Shown here: one piece after another, positions 8,917 through 17,714 of the stretch
Layout of the letters: each line of letters opens with the position of its first letter
Position numbering within the stretch: position 1 is the stretch's first letter
Assembly: GCA_963845535.1 (NCBI GenBank)
Contig: CAWJSK010000005.1
Location: forward strand, 1-39,658
DNA length: 39,658 bases
Direction: 5' to 3'
DNA from: an uncultured Spirochaetota bacterium
GTDB lineage: Bacteria > Spirochaetota > Spirochaetia > SZUA-6 > Fen-1364
Made by a program: the position numbers and the translations under genes
Notes under the pieces: model-generated
Told to the model about the DNA's origin: nothing
Database searches by the model: none
The model's input: the letters and a program-made list of their open reading frames with translations, nothing else

Positions 8917-10317
8917 TCAGGCGGCACCCTTCAGCGCGGCGCGGCGCATGGGGACGATCATCTGGGCCCTGAGCATCGAACGGAACTTTCCCTTGATCCC
9001 GGGAAGACCCGTGATGAACCACGCCAGGCCCACCAGGATCCGCCATCCGACCCTGCGCTGGGGGAAGTCGTAGAAGCCCAGCCGCTTGTACGCCTTGTGG
9101 TCCGCGCGGAAGACCACCTTGAGGCTTGACCAGATGTCGTCACGGAAGATCTTCATGCCCGCTACGCCCAGGAACGTTCGCGGCCTGATGTACGCCGCTT
9201 CCGAGAACCTGACCATGCGCTCGGCAAGCTGGTCCAGCGCTGCGTCCATGACACGCGGTTCCGCCGTCTCATCCGACAGGAAAGCCACGAGGTTGGACTG
9301 CTGCAGCTCTGTCCACGCCTCGTAGGTCTGGCGGAGCTCAGGCAGCAGGCTGAGCGGTCCTGACACGACGAACGCGAATTGCTTGCCTACCAGGGAAGGC
9401 GTGTGCGTGTTGAAGAAGCTTCTGTCGAAGAACTCCCGCCACTTCCACGAGAGCTGCCGCGCCACCAGGGCTCCGGCAAAAACGATGATGTCAGCCGGCA
9501 CCAGGACGGAGTTGTAGAAGTCGATGAAGCCGTCCTTCCCGGTGTACGCGCACTGATACGCCGCGCCGCAGCGCAAGCATCCCTGGCAGCCGCCCTTGAT
9601 GTCGAGGTCCTGAAGGTTCACCACACGTACGTCACTTCCCCAGGCAGAGACGAGTCGAGCCGTCATCGCCCGAAGGCTTTCCTGGCTGGGCTGCGCTTCG
9701 GGCCGAGCGTCCGTGAGGATCACGATCTTGCGGCCGTGCGTGGCTGCGGCCGCGGCAGGGGAGGCGGACAGATACGGCTTGGAGCGCTCGGCGGGCAGCG
9801 CCGCCGAGAGCCTCGGGAACTCCAGTCCGCGCTCAATGGATGCAAAGAAGTCCTCCGCAAAAAGGCGCAAACGGCGCCGCTCCTCGGGCTTCATCAGGTC
9901 ATGCATGTTCGCGGAATGGATCCCGACGAACCTCATCCCGAGGTCCTCAACCACGGATCGCATGTAGGTGTGCGCGTTGGAATCGTAGTAGTTGATGGAG
10001 GTGGAAAGCGTCACGGCATGCTTGCCGTTGAAGGCGGACTGCGCGCCGCGCTCCGTGATGAGCTCGATGAATCGCTTGTACTGCGAGCAAACGAGCAGGA
10101 TGTATAGCGGGAACGCCCAGATCACCCCATCCGCGGAGCGCACCTCCTGGATGACGGCGTCGAACGCCGCAGGGTCGCGCTCCAGCTTCCTGGACTGCTG
10201 CGCCACGGGCAGCACGACGAACTGATGTTGCGGGAAAGCCTTTTCCAGAAAGAGGACGTACTGGCGAGTCACGCTCACATCCCCTTTGGGGCTGCCATTC
10301 AGGACCACGATCTTCAT
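8917..10317 (-). CDS. Two-domain flavodoxin-like NAD(P)H-dependent oxidoreductase / iron-sulfur flavoprotein
   Basis: MKIVVLNGSPKG start with AGGAGG RBS. Second domain carries GCQGCLRCGAAYQC (Cx2Cx2Cx5C). Confidence 0.85.
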   Translation of the reverse strand: MKIVVLNGSPKGDVSVTRQYVLFLEKAFPQHQFVVLPVAQQSRKLERDPAAFDAVIQEVRSADGVIWAFPLYILLVCSQYKRFIELITERGAQSAFNGKHAVTLSTSINYYDSNAHTYMRSVVEDLGMRFVGIHSANMHDLMKPEERRRLRLFAEDFFASIERGLEFPRLSAALPAERSKPYLSASPAAAAATHGRKIVILTDARPEAQPSQESLRAMTARLVSAWGSDVRVVNLQDLDIKGGCQGCLRCGAAYQCAYTGKDGFIDFYNSVLVPADIIVFAGALVARQLSWKWREFFDRSFFNTHTPSLVGKQFAFVVSGPLSLLPELRQTYEAWTELQQSNLVAFLSDETAEPRVMDAALDQLAERMVRFSEAAYIRPRTFLGVAGMKIFRDDIWSSLKVVFRADHKAYKRLGFYDFPQRRVGWRILVGLAWFITGLPGIKGKFRSMLRAQMIVPMRRAALKGAA

Positions 10318-10577
10318 GATTCTCCTCCTGTTAAGTGCTACGGCAAAAAGGGGTCCCGACAAGTCGAATCTCCAAGGCAACGATGAAGGCCGCGCTGCCC
10401 TTGCGCACTGCGCGACGCAAAGCGGCCTTTGTCTGGAGTAGCTGGCGCTCAACCCTACAAAAAACGCAAAAAGTGTAAAGTTTCTTTGCACTTTCCTCGT
10501 TTTTTCAATGTCTGGCTGCGTCCAGCCTTGTACCACTGGCTGGCCTTGTCACCAGCATCTGCAAAGCGGCCCTTGAC

Positions 10578-10617
10578 TTTACACAGTTACTTTAACACCG
10601 TTAACTTATCTTGTCAA
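10578..10617 (-). promoter_or_regulatory. Sigma70-type promoter overlapped by a tandem TetR-like operator
   Basis: Minus strand TTGACA (10612-10617), 17 bp, TAAAGT (10589-10594). Palindrome TTAAC-ACC-GTTAA at 10592-10604. Confidence 0.7.
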
Positions 10618-10656
10618 CACGTTGGCAAGAGGTTTTTTGCGATTATTCCCGTCCGC

Positions 10657-11352
10657 TCAATGCTTCGGCCCGCCCCCTGCGTAGTAGTGCATGAATAGAT
10701 CCTTCAGTGACTCCCTGGTCATGCCTTCGGCGGGGGGAAGCATGCCAGAAATCATGAGTGAGCAGAACCCGTGCAGCATCATCCACCCCATCATGGCTTC
10801 GTGTCGGGGATCAGGCCTGGCGGGAGCCCCCTGCGCGGGTGCCCCAGGTGCGGCGGCGCCCGCCGCGGGCGTCCCAGGCGCGGAAGCGGCAGGTGCGGCG
10901 GCGCCTCCCGCGGGTGCCCCCAGCGCAGACGCGACGTCCGTGACCGCCTTCTCCAGCGCGCCTCTGGCCGCGAGGTAGGTGAAGTACAGAACGGGATGAT
11001 CCTCAGCTTTCAGGTGATCCGCAAAAGGGGACTCGAACAGCAGCCGGTACAGGTTAGGGTTCTCCAGCGCAAAGCCCAGGTAGTGCATGCCCAGCTCCCC
11101 GAGATACTCGTGCGGAGAAAGGCGGGAGTCGATTGCGCGGATTCTGTCATTCAGCTTCTCCGCAACCCTGATCCTCAGCTTCCAGAGCATGGCTTCCTTG
11201 CTCTCGAAGTAATGATAGATCGCCGTTGCGCTCACTCCGACGGTGTTTGCCAGACGTCGCATGTTGATCCCCTGGTAGCCTTCAGTGACGACGATCCTTT
11301 CCGCTTCCGCGAGGATCCTCGCTGGCAGGTCGATATTGGCGGCTCTTGTCAT
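10657..11352 (-). CDS. TetR/AcrR family regulator with an Ala/Pro/Gly-rich insertion
   Basis: HTH INMRRLANTVGVSATAIYHYFESKE. WHG-type C-terminus (WMMLHGF). Confidence 0.9.
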   Translation of the reverse strand: MTRAANIDLPARILAEAERIVVTEGYQGINMRRLANTVGVSATAIYHYFESKEAMLWKLRIRVAEKLNDRIRAIDSRLSPHEYLGELGMHYLGFALENPNLYRLLFESPFADHLKAEDHPVLYFTYLAARGALEKAVTDVASALGAPAGGAAAPAASAPGTPAAGAAAPGAPAQGAPARPDPRHEAMMGWMMLHGFCSLMISGMLPPAEGMTRESLKDLFMHYYAGGGPKH

Positions 11353-11360
11353 CGCCCATA

Positions 11361-11390
11361 ATATTAACAGCGTTACTTTAACATCGTCAA
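11361..11390 (-). promoter_or_regulatory. Autoregulatory promoter/operator of the TetR gene
   Basis: TTAAC-AGC-GTTAC and TTAAC-ATC-GTCAA in tandem. Shares the exact 12-mer GTTACTTTAACA with 10586-10597. Confidence 0.7.
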
Positions 11391-11447
11391 TATGGCTGCG
11401 CTTCGGAAAAACGCCCCGGTTCTTGAGTGCGCCGGGGCATCGTATTC

Positions 11448-12065
11448 TCAGAGGATCTGCGCAGCCTCGTCGAAGTCAAGGCGGGGCAGGCGAGGGAAGA
11501 GCTTTTCCTTTACGCCGTAGCCCAAGGCGCAGACGAAGTTCAGGCGCCAGGAGCTGTCAGGGAAAAACTCGGCGTTGATCTGGTCATCGTTCCCCAGCAT
11601 GGGTCCGCAGTCCAGGCCCAGGGAGCGCGCGGCAAGCATGAGGTACGCGCCCTGGAGGGTGCCGCTTTGCATGGCTGTTTTCTGGGCGTACGCCGGATTG
11701 CCCGTGAACCACGGCTTGTAGTCGCGGTGGGGCATGAGCTTGTCCAGCTTCTCAAAGAACTGAAGGTCGTATGCAATAAGAACGACAACGGGCGCAGTCC
11801 TTGTCTTTTCCCGATTCATCTCCGGCATGAGCGGCACGAGCCGCGCCTTGGCCTCATCACTGGTCACAAAGACGAAGCGTGCCGGCGAAGTGTTCGCGCT
11901 CGTGGGACCAAATTTCACCAGATCGTAGAGCTTGCGGATCTGAGACTCTTCGATAGGACGCGGCTGCCAGAACGAAAAGCTGCGAGCCTCTCTGAACAGC
12001 AGGTCAAGGGCCGCGTCATCGAGCTGGGAAACCGGGGAAATGGTCTCATTGTCAGCGGCAATCAT
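11448..12065 (-). CDS. rutE: Nitroreductase-family malonic semialdehyde reductase (RutE/YcdI-like)
   Basis: LFREARS, GPTSANTSPARFVF, LQGAYLMLAARSLGLDCGPM, FPRLPRLDFDEA. Confidence 0.85.
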   Translation of the reverse strand: MIAADNETISPVSQLDDAALDLLFREARSFSFWQPRPIEESQIRKLYDLVKFGPTSANTSPARFVFVTSDEAKARLVPLMPEMNREKTRTAPVVVLIAYDLQFFEKLDKLMPHRDYKPWFTGNPAYAQKTAMQSGTLQGAYLMLAARSLGLDCGPMLGNDDQINAEFFPDSSWRLNFVCALGYGVKEKLFPRLPRLDFDEAAQIL

Positions 12066-12192
12066 GAGTTACTCCTTGGAATAAAATGTTCATGCCTCAA
12101 GGATGATCACTGTTTGCCGAATGGAGAATAATAGATTACGCTTTATTTGTGTTTTATCGTTCAGGAGTCCTGAACGATCTGTGAAGGAAGAT

Positions 12193-13191
12193 ATGGACAT
12201 ACTGTCAGACCTTCTGGAGACCCTTCGCCTGCGCGGCGGCCGGGGCTACAACGCGGTCCTGCACGGGCCCTGGGGAATCGAGTTTCCAGCCCGTGAGGAA
12301 GCGTCCCCGTTCTATGTCGTATCCAGGGGCGCCTGCCATCTTGAGCTGCCGGGCGCAGGCGTACAGCTCAATCTGAATGCGGGGGACATGGTGATGCTTC
12401 CGCTCGGGGATACGCACGTTTTGCGCGACATCCCTGAAAGCGCCGTCGTCCCGTTTTCCAGTCTTGCTTTGGAGTCGGGCCAGGGAGCAGAGGGAAAGAC
12501 GCTGCTCCTCGGGAAAAACGGCCCAGAGACCACGCTCCTTGCCGGTGAGCTCATCTTCGACAGCCCGTTTGCGCCGCCGCTCCTTTCGGCCATGGACAGG
12601 GTGGTTCATGTCAGGGCTGAAAACGATGATAACGTGGGCACTTTTTCGCTCGTCCTCAAGATGCTTTGCCGCGAAGGAAGGTCTTCTGAGCCTGGCTCAC
12701 GCGCCGCCTGCTCCGGGCTGCTGAAGCTCATGTTCATCCAGGTCCTGAGATACAACATGGAGGAACATCAAAGGGAAGGAGGATCCTGCCAACGCCACCC
12801 CCTTGCCCTGATGTTCGACAAGGATCTGCACGCCGTCACGGAGGCACTTCATCGTAATCCTGAGCGCCCATGGACCGTGGCCGACATGGCGGCCACGGCG
12901 GGCATGTCGCGCACAAAATTCTCTCTGCGCTTTGCCGAGGTTGCGGGCGTGGCTCCCTTGGCGTACCTCACGAGCCACCGAATGATGGTAGCCGGGGACC
13001 TCCTGGAACGCACTGAGGCGACACTAGAAGAGATTGCAACGCGCACAGGCTACGGGTCTGAAGCTGCTTTCAGCACCGCCTTCAAGCGTGAGATGGGGAT
13101 GGCGCCGGGCGGTTATCGACGCACGCGGAGGGAAAGCCACCGCGGAGTGAGCGGGCAGCGCCATGACCATCACGGCGAGGGAGCCGCATAG
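12193..13191 (+). CDS. AraC family regulator with N-terminal cupin domain
   Basis: MDILSDLLETLRL start; PERPWTVADMA and GYGSEAAFSTAFKR HTH motifs. Divergent from the nitroreductase. Confidence 0.92.
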   Translation: MDILSDLLETLRLRGGRGYNAVLHGPWGIEFPAREEASPFYVVSRGACHLELPGAGVQLNLNAGDMVMLPLGDTHVLRDIPESAVVPFSSLALESGQGAEGKTLLLGKNGPETTLLAGELIFDSPFAPPLLSAMDRVVHVRAENDDNVGTFSLVLKMLCREGRSSEPGSRAACSGLLKLMFIQVLRYNMEEHQREGGSCQRHPLALMFDKDLHAVTEALHRNPERPWTVADMAATAGMSRTKFSLRFAEVAGVAPLAYLTSHRMMVAGDLLERTEATLEEIATRTGYGSEAAFSTAFKREMGMAPGGYRRTRRESHRGVSGQRHDHHGEGAA

Positions 13192-13838
13192 GAGCAGTGG
13201 CTATCGGGAGCCGGCGAGCCGGCGCGGACGGGCTTTTCGAAAAGCGGCTCGGCTGATGGGTCCCCTTCGCCTGGTCCTACAAGAGCCCAACGCGTCAGCA
13301 AACCTTCACCGCTATCCAGCAAGCGGAAGCCTGAAAGGAGCTGCGTCCACGTCTCCTTCGAGACAGCGCGGGGATCATCTGCCCGGAAAAGCTTGATGAC
13401 GCTCAGGTACGCGCGCCCCGCGGGGCGCAGAATCCTCCTGATCTGGCGGATTGCCCCGGCGTGATCCGTCATGCAGCAGAGAAGACCCTCCGCCAGAACG
13501 AAGTGGATGGACTGGCTCTCAATGAAGTCGATGGCCCCGGCTGATGCCGCGCGCGCTTTGATGATGCGGTGATATCCTTTGCTCATTGCCCGCCTCTCCA
13601 ACTGGGCAATGGCCTTTGGGTCGAAGTCTACCGCGTAGACACTTCCCTCCGCTCCGACAATGCGCGCCATGGGAAGCGTATGGAAGCCGGCTCCGCAGCC
13701 AAGGTCCGCCGCGCGCTCTCCCGGCTGGACGTACTTCCCCACCAGCCGCTCGGGCGGTGAGAAGATGTGGCGGAGCAGATTGTTGGTAAGGATGTTGGGG
13801 ATTTTCCGGTCCTTCGTCCGACAGCACGAATCTTCCAT
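13170..13838 (-). CDS. Class I SAM-dependent methyltransferase
   Basis: ADLGCGAGF motif I, VYAVD, ILRPAG. ATG 13838 preceded by GGAGG. Confidence 0.85.
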   Translation of the reverse strand: MEDSCCRTKDRKIPNILTNNLLRHIFSPPERLVGKYVQPGERAADLGCGAGFHTLPMARIVGAEGSVYAVDFDPKAIAQLERRAMSKGYHRIIKARAASAGAIDFIESQSIHFVLAEGLLCCMTDHAGAIRQIRRILRPAGRAYLSVIKLFRADDPRAVSKETWTQLLSGFRLLDSGEGLLTRWALVGPGEGDPSAEPLFEKPVRAGSPAPDSHCSYAAPSP

Positions 13839-13930
13839 GACGCAGCAACCTCCGTGCAGGCTCAAAAATACCGAAGATTCCAGCGTAAACACAGGAGAGG
13901 TTCCGCCACGAAGGAAGCGGACGTGTGGTC

Positions 13931-14347
13931 TTATGCCGCCAGCGCCCGCAAATGGCCCAGGGCGGCGTACTGAAGGATAGGCAGGTCCCGTGTCAGCAGC
14001 ACCGCGCCCAGCTCTCTGGCGGTGGCCACGATGAGCCGATCAGCGGGGTCTCCGTGGAACAGGCCCGGAAGTCGGGAACTTCGAACGCAGATGGAAGGCG
14101 TAAGAGGCATCAAGGACAGCCCCGGCAGGCCGAAGGCGTGCTCCACCCATTCCTCACAAGGGATGTCGAAACGGATCCTTCCCCTGGCCTCCAGCATGCC
14201 AACTTCCCATGCGGAGATTACGCTTACCCGCAGAAACGATTCCTCCCCGGCCTGCTCCATGAGCTTCACCGCCTCGGGGCTGACGCCCGCGCGGCCTTCC
14301 ATCAGCCACACCCAGACATGGGTGTCCAGGAGCACGGGTCTATCCAC
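13931..14347 (-). CDS. vapC: VapC PIN-domain toxin
   Basis: LLDTHVWVW, SVISAWEVG, HGDPADRLIVATA, LLTRD. Overlaps the antitoxin stop. Confidence 0.92.
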   Translation of the reverse strand: MDRPVLLDTHVWVWLMEGRAGVSPEAVKLMEQAGEESFLRVSVISAWEVGMLEARGRIRFDIPCEEWVEHAFGLPGLSLMPLTPSICVRSSRLPGLFHGDPADRLIVATARELGAVLLTRDLPILQYAALGHLRALAA

Positions 14348-14597
14348 GCTCTGCCGCCCATGCTTCACCTGTGGGGCTCACGATGTCACCTTCCTCCATC
14401 ACATGCCCCGCGAAAAACCCGTACAAGCTCCGTGGCTTCTCCACCTCCAGAGGGACGAGCCGAGCCACCGGTTTACCGCGCTTCGTGATGATGATGACCT
14501 GATGAGTCCGGCTTACCTCGTCAATCAATGAAAGGCAACGGGCTTTGAATTGCCCGGCCGGTATCTTCTTTCCATCGTTTCTTGTGACTATGGACAT
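14340..14597 (-). CDS. Phd/YefM family antitoxin
   Basis: IPAGQFKARCLSLIDEV...IIITKRGKPVARLVP. Confidence 0.92.
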   Translation of the reverse strand: MSIVTRNDGKKIPAGQFKARCLSLIDEVSRTHQVIIITKRGKPVARLVPLEVEKPRSLYGFFAGHVMEEGDIVSPTGEAWAAERG

Positions 14598-14632
14598 GTG
14601 ACCATGGTATCGGTAAGGTGCCGTTCCGTCAA
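14584..14632 (-). promoter_or_regulatory. TA promoter with tandem operator
   Basis: GTGACTATGGACAT followed by GTGACCATGGTAT (core ACCATGGT). Minus strand TTGACG, 17 bp, TACCAT, then 6 nt to the ATG. Confidence 0.65.
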
Positions 14633-14654
14633 GAACTTTTCACGCGGAAACTTT

Positions 14655-16280
14655 TCACGAGGTCCCGGCGACGTTTTTCAACAAGAACTCCCCGTAGCCG
14701 CCCTCGTACACATGCAGCCTGCCGCGCTTGATCTCGAAGACCCGGTTGGTGAGATGCCGCAGGAAGTACCTGTCATGGCTTACGATCATCAGCGTGCCAT
14801 CAAACCGCTGGAGCGCTTCCAGCAGCACTTCACGGCTTGCGATATCCAGGTGGTTGGTGGGTTCGTCCAGGACCAGGAAGTTGACCGGCAGGGCAAGGAT
14901 GCAGGCAAGCATCACCCGGCTTTTCTCTCCGCCTGAAAGCACGGCCACCTTCTTCTCAACGTCATCCCCATGGAACTGGAAGGCGCCCAGGATGTTCTTG
15001 ATGGTTCCTTCAGTGGCCAACGGTATGCGCTCTTCAACTTCCCGGAATACTGTGCGGCTGGAGACAAGGACGTCACTCGAGTACTGGCTGAAGTAGCCAA
15101 CCTTCACGCCCGCGCCCAAGGCGCATGAGCCGCCGCTTGCGGGAACCTGTCCGGTAATGATCTTCAGAAGCGTGGACTTCCCCGCGCCGTTGACGCCGGT
15201 GAGCGCAATCTTGTCCAGCCTTTTGACCACGCCCGTAATCCCGTGGAACACCGGCACAGGTGCCGCCTCCTCCGCCTCCCATGTCTTTGCCAGGCCCTCC
15301 AGCTTCACCACTACATCGCCACTGCGTCCTACAGGCGCGAACCTCACCCTCATCTCCTTGGGGTCTGGAGGAATGACAATGCGCTCGATCTTCTCGATGG
15401 TCTTCACTCGTGACTGCACTTGCGCGGCGTGAGAGGCCTGCGCCCCGAAGCGGGAGATGAAGCGCTCCTCCTTGGCGAGCATTGCGGCCTGCCGTTTCCG
15501 GGACGCAATGAGCTGCTCCCGGCGCAGGGCGCGCTCCTGCACGTAGAAGTCGTAGTCTCCGGAATACGTGGTGATGGCACCGCTATCCACCTCCACCGTC
15601 CGTGTGCATATGCGGGTCATGAACTCTCTGTCATGGCTCGTCATGAGCAGGTCCCCTTTAAACGTGGAGAGCCACTCCTCCAGCCACATGATGGATTCAA
15701 GATCAAGGTGGTTGGTTGGCTCGTCCATGAGGAGAACGTTGGGTGAGAGAAGGAGAATGCGCGCCAGAGCAATGCGCATCTTCCATCCCCCGCTGAAGCT
15801 CTCCACCGGCAGGTGGAAGCGATCCATCCCAATGCCCAGGCCGGTGAGGATGGCTTCAGCGCGGTTCTCCAGCTCGTAACCGTTTCTGTGCTGGAACTCG
15901 GTCTGAAGCTCGCCGTAGCGGTTCATCTCCGCGTCCGTGAGCCCGGGGCCTTTGGCATCCGACATGCGGTGCTCGAGCTCCGCCATCTCCCTGCCCACCT
16001 CGTACACGCGGCCTGCCCCTGCCAGCACTTCCTGGAGCGCGCTCCCGCCGCTCATCTCCCCGACGTCCTGGGAGAAATAGCCCACTACCGTGCCGGGGTC
16101 CATGGAGACGGTGCCCGCATCAGGGGCTTCCTCCCCGCAGATCACCTTGAACAGCGTGGTCTTGCCCGCGCCGTTGGGCCCCACCAGGCCAACCCTGTCT
16201 CCGGGGCGCAGGAGAAGGTTTTCGTTGTCGAAAATGACGCGCTCGCCGAAGGCGACGCGGATGTTGGAAAGGTTCACCAT
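14655..16280 (-). CDS. ABC-F family ATPase (YheS/YbiT-like)
   Basis: GPNGAGKTT, FSGGWKMR, DEPTNHLD, AQVQSRVK linker, second NBD GVNGAGKST/LSGGEKSR. No TM segments. Confidence 0.9.
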   Translation of the reverse strand: MVNLSNIRVAFGERVIFDNENLLLRPGDRVGLVGPNGAGKTTLFKVICGEEAPDAGTVSMDPGTVVGYFSQDVGEMSGGSALQEVLAGAGRVYEVGREMAELEHRMSDAKGPGLTDAEMNRYGELQTEFQHRNGYELENRAEAILTGLGIGMDRFHLPVESFSGGWKMRIALARILLLSPNVLLMDEPTNHLDLESIMWLEEWLSTFKGDLLMTSHDREFMTRICTRTVEVDSGAITTYSGDYDFYVQERALRREQLIASRKRQAAMLAKEERFISRFGAQASHAAQVQSRVKTIEKIERIVIPPDPKEMRVRFAPVGRSGDVVVKLEGLAKTWEAEEAAPVPVFHGITGVVKRLDKIALTGVNGAGKSTLLKIITGQVPASGGSCALGAGVKVGYFSQYSSDVLVSSRTVFREVEERIPLATEGTIKNILGAFQFHGDDVEKKVAVLSGGEKSRVMLACILALPVNFLVLDEPTNHLDIASREVLLEALQRFDGTLMIVSHDRYFLRHLTNRVFEIKRGRLHVYEGGYGEFLLKNVAGTS

Positions 16281-16332
16281 TCGAGTTGCGCACTGTACCG
16301 TATTTCGGGCAGGCATGCTATACAGAAGCACC

Positions 16333-17034
16333 GTGACAAGAGAAACCTGTTACCGCTGCTGGCGTCCAGCCTCATGCTGCCTGTGCCCCACCGAGCCCCC
16401 TATGCAGACGCGGACGCGGATCATCCTCCTCATGCACCCCAAGGAGTTTCGGCGTCAGAAATGCACCACGGGAAGGCTCACGTGCCTGAACCTGGCCAAC
16501 AGTGAGATCATCCAGGGAATCAATTTTGACGATGACGCCAGGTTCCGTTCGTTGATCGACGACCCATCCAACTATCCTGTGCTGCTCTACCCAGGAGAGG
16601 ACGCAATGGACGTGGGGCGCGGGGACCTTCTTGCATCTTCGGCGGGCCGTCGCAGGCTCGTTGTCTTTCTTATCGATGCGACCTGGCACTGCTCCCGAAC
16701 CATCGCCCGGCAAAGCCCGTCCCTCATGCGCCTGCCCCGGCTCGGGATCAGCCCCGCCTCACCGAGCCGCTTCCGTATCAAGCGTCAGCCTTCCCCCTGG
16801 TGCCTTTCCACCATCGAGGCCACGCATGAGCTCCTCCTGGCGTTGGAGGCGGGCGGCCTGGACATCTACCCGGACAAAAGCAGGCTTCTGGATGCATTCA
16901 AGGCGATGCAGGATTTCCAGATAACGCAGCTCGAAAGCGCCCGCCGGTCCCCCCGCCACGTGGTGCGGGGACATCGAGTGGCGCTGGGTGTCACGGCCGA
17001 CACCGGGCATCACTCAGTCAGCGCGAGGAATTGA
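16333..17034 (+). CDS. tapT: DTW-domain tRNA-uridine aminocarboxypropyltransferase (TapT/YfiP-like)
   Basis: RETCYRCWRP..CCLC zinc motif, LLMHPKE, LLYP, LIDATW (DTW), CLSTIEA. Confidence 0.85.
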   Translation: MTRETCYRCWRPASCCLCPTEPPMQTRTRIILLMHPKEFRRQKCTTGRLTCLNLANSEIIQGINFDDDARFRSLIDDPSNYPVLLYPGEDAMDVGRGDLLASSAGRRRLVVFLIDATWHCSRTIARQSPSLMRLPRLGISPASPSRFRIKRQPSPWCLSTIEATHELLLALEAGGLDIYPDKSRLLDAFKAMQDFQITQLESARRSPRHVVRGHRVALGVTADTGHHSVSARN

Positions 17035-17639
17035 GAGAGGATCCGTTCCGTGATGCCCCAGATCGGGCCTTTGGGAGAAGGGAAGGCAGGCAATTCCCGA
17101 GTGCCGTCCCTGGTTTCCCATTTCACCGCAACGGAGCGCCCGCTTCCTCGGAGTGCCCCAAGGGGCATCCAGAAAGCTTCCTCGACCTCTTCCGGCTGAG
17201 GGCGAGGGGAGGCTCCCGGCGGCGCGAGGGCCACGAATGGCGTCACTGTAATGGAAGGAATGCGGGCGCTCAGGGGGCGGACGGTTGGCAATCTGCCGAG
17301 CAGCCTGCCGCCTTGGCGGGCATCAATTCCCACTTCCTCCGCGGCTTCTCGCATGGCGACATCCAGCAGCGTGGCGTCCCGTTTCTCTGCCCGACCTCCG
17401 GGAAATGCCAGATGCCCTGACCATGGGTCCCCGGCCCGTACCGCGCGCTTGATGAACAGGATCTCGGTGGCATCAGCTGCTGCATCGGTGCCGGCGTCCC
17501 CACCTGCTGGACGAAGGAAGAGCGTGACCGCCGCGTGGATCATACCGCCTTTAGCGGCTGGCACCTTCTCCCGTTCCGCAGGGTCAAGCCGGGCGCTTAC
17601 GCGTTGAAGGAAAACTTCGAATGGTGAATCGAGGGTCAC
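17010..17639 (-). CDS. Nudix hydrolase, CoA pyrophosphatase (NudL-like)
   Basis: WSGHLAFPGG followed by Nudix box REAAEEVG; VTPFV; IWGIT. Confidence 0.85.
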   Translation of the reverse strand: MTLDSPFEVFLQRVSARLDPAEREKVPAAKGGMIHAAVTLFLRPAGGDAGTDAAADATEILFIKRAVRAGDPWSGHLAFPGGRAEKRDATLLDVAMREAAEEVGIDARQGGRLLGRLPTVRPLSARIPSITVTPFVALAPPGASPRPQPEEVEEAFWMPLGALRGSGRSVAVKWETRDGTRELPAFPSPKGPIWGITERILSQFLALTE

Positions 17640-17714
17640 GTCCCAGTATACGACGGATCAGTTCGCAGTGCGAATGCGGCATCGTCATATCCTGGTGGTT
17701 GCCGCCTGCGGAAG

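Noticed and set aside
10370..10440. c-di-GMP-I riboswitch suggested by GACGCAAAGC
   Set aside because: Wrong strand for the downstream gene, and no GGCAAAC...GAAA P1 element.
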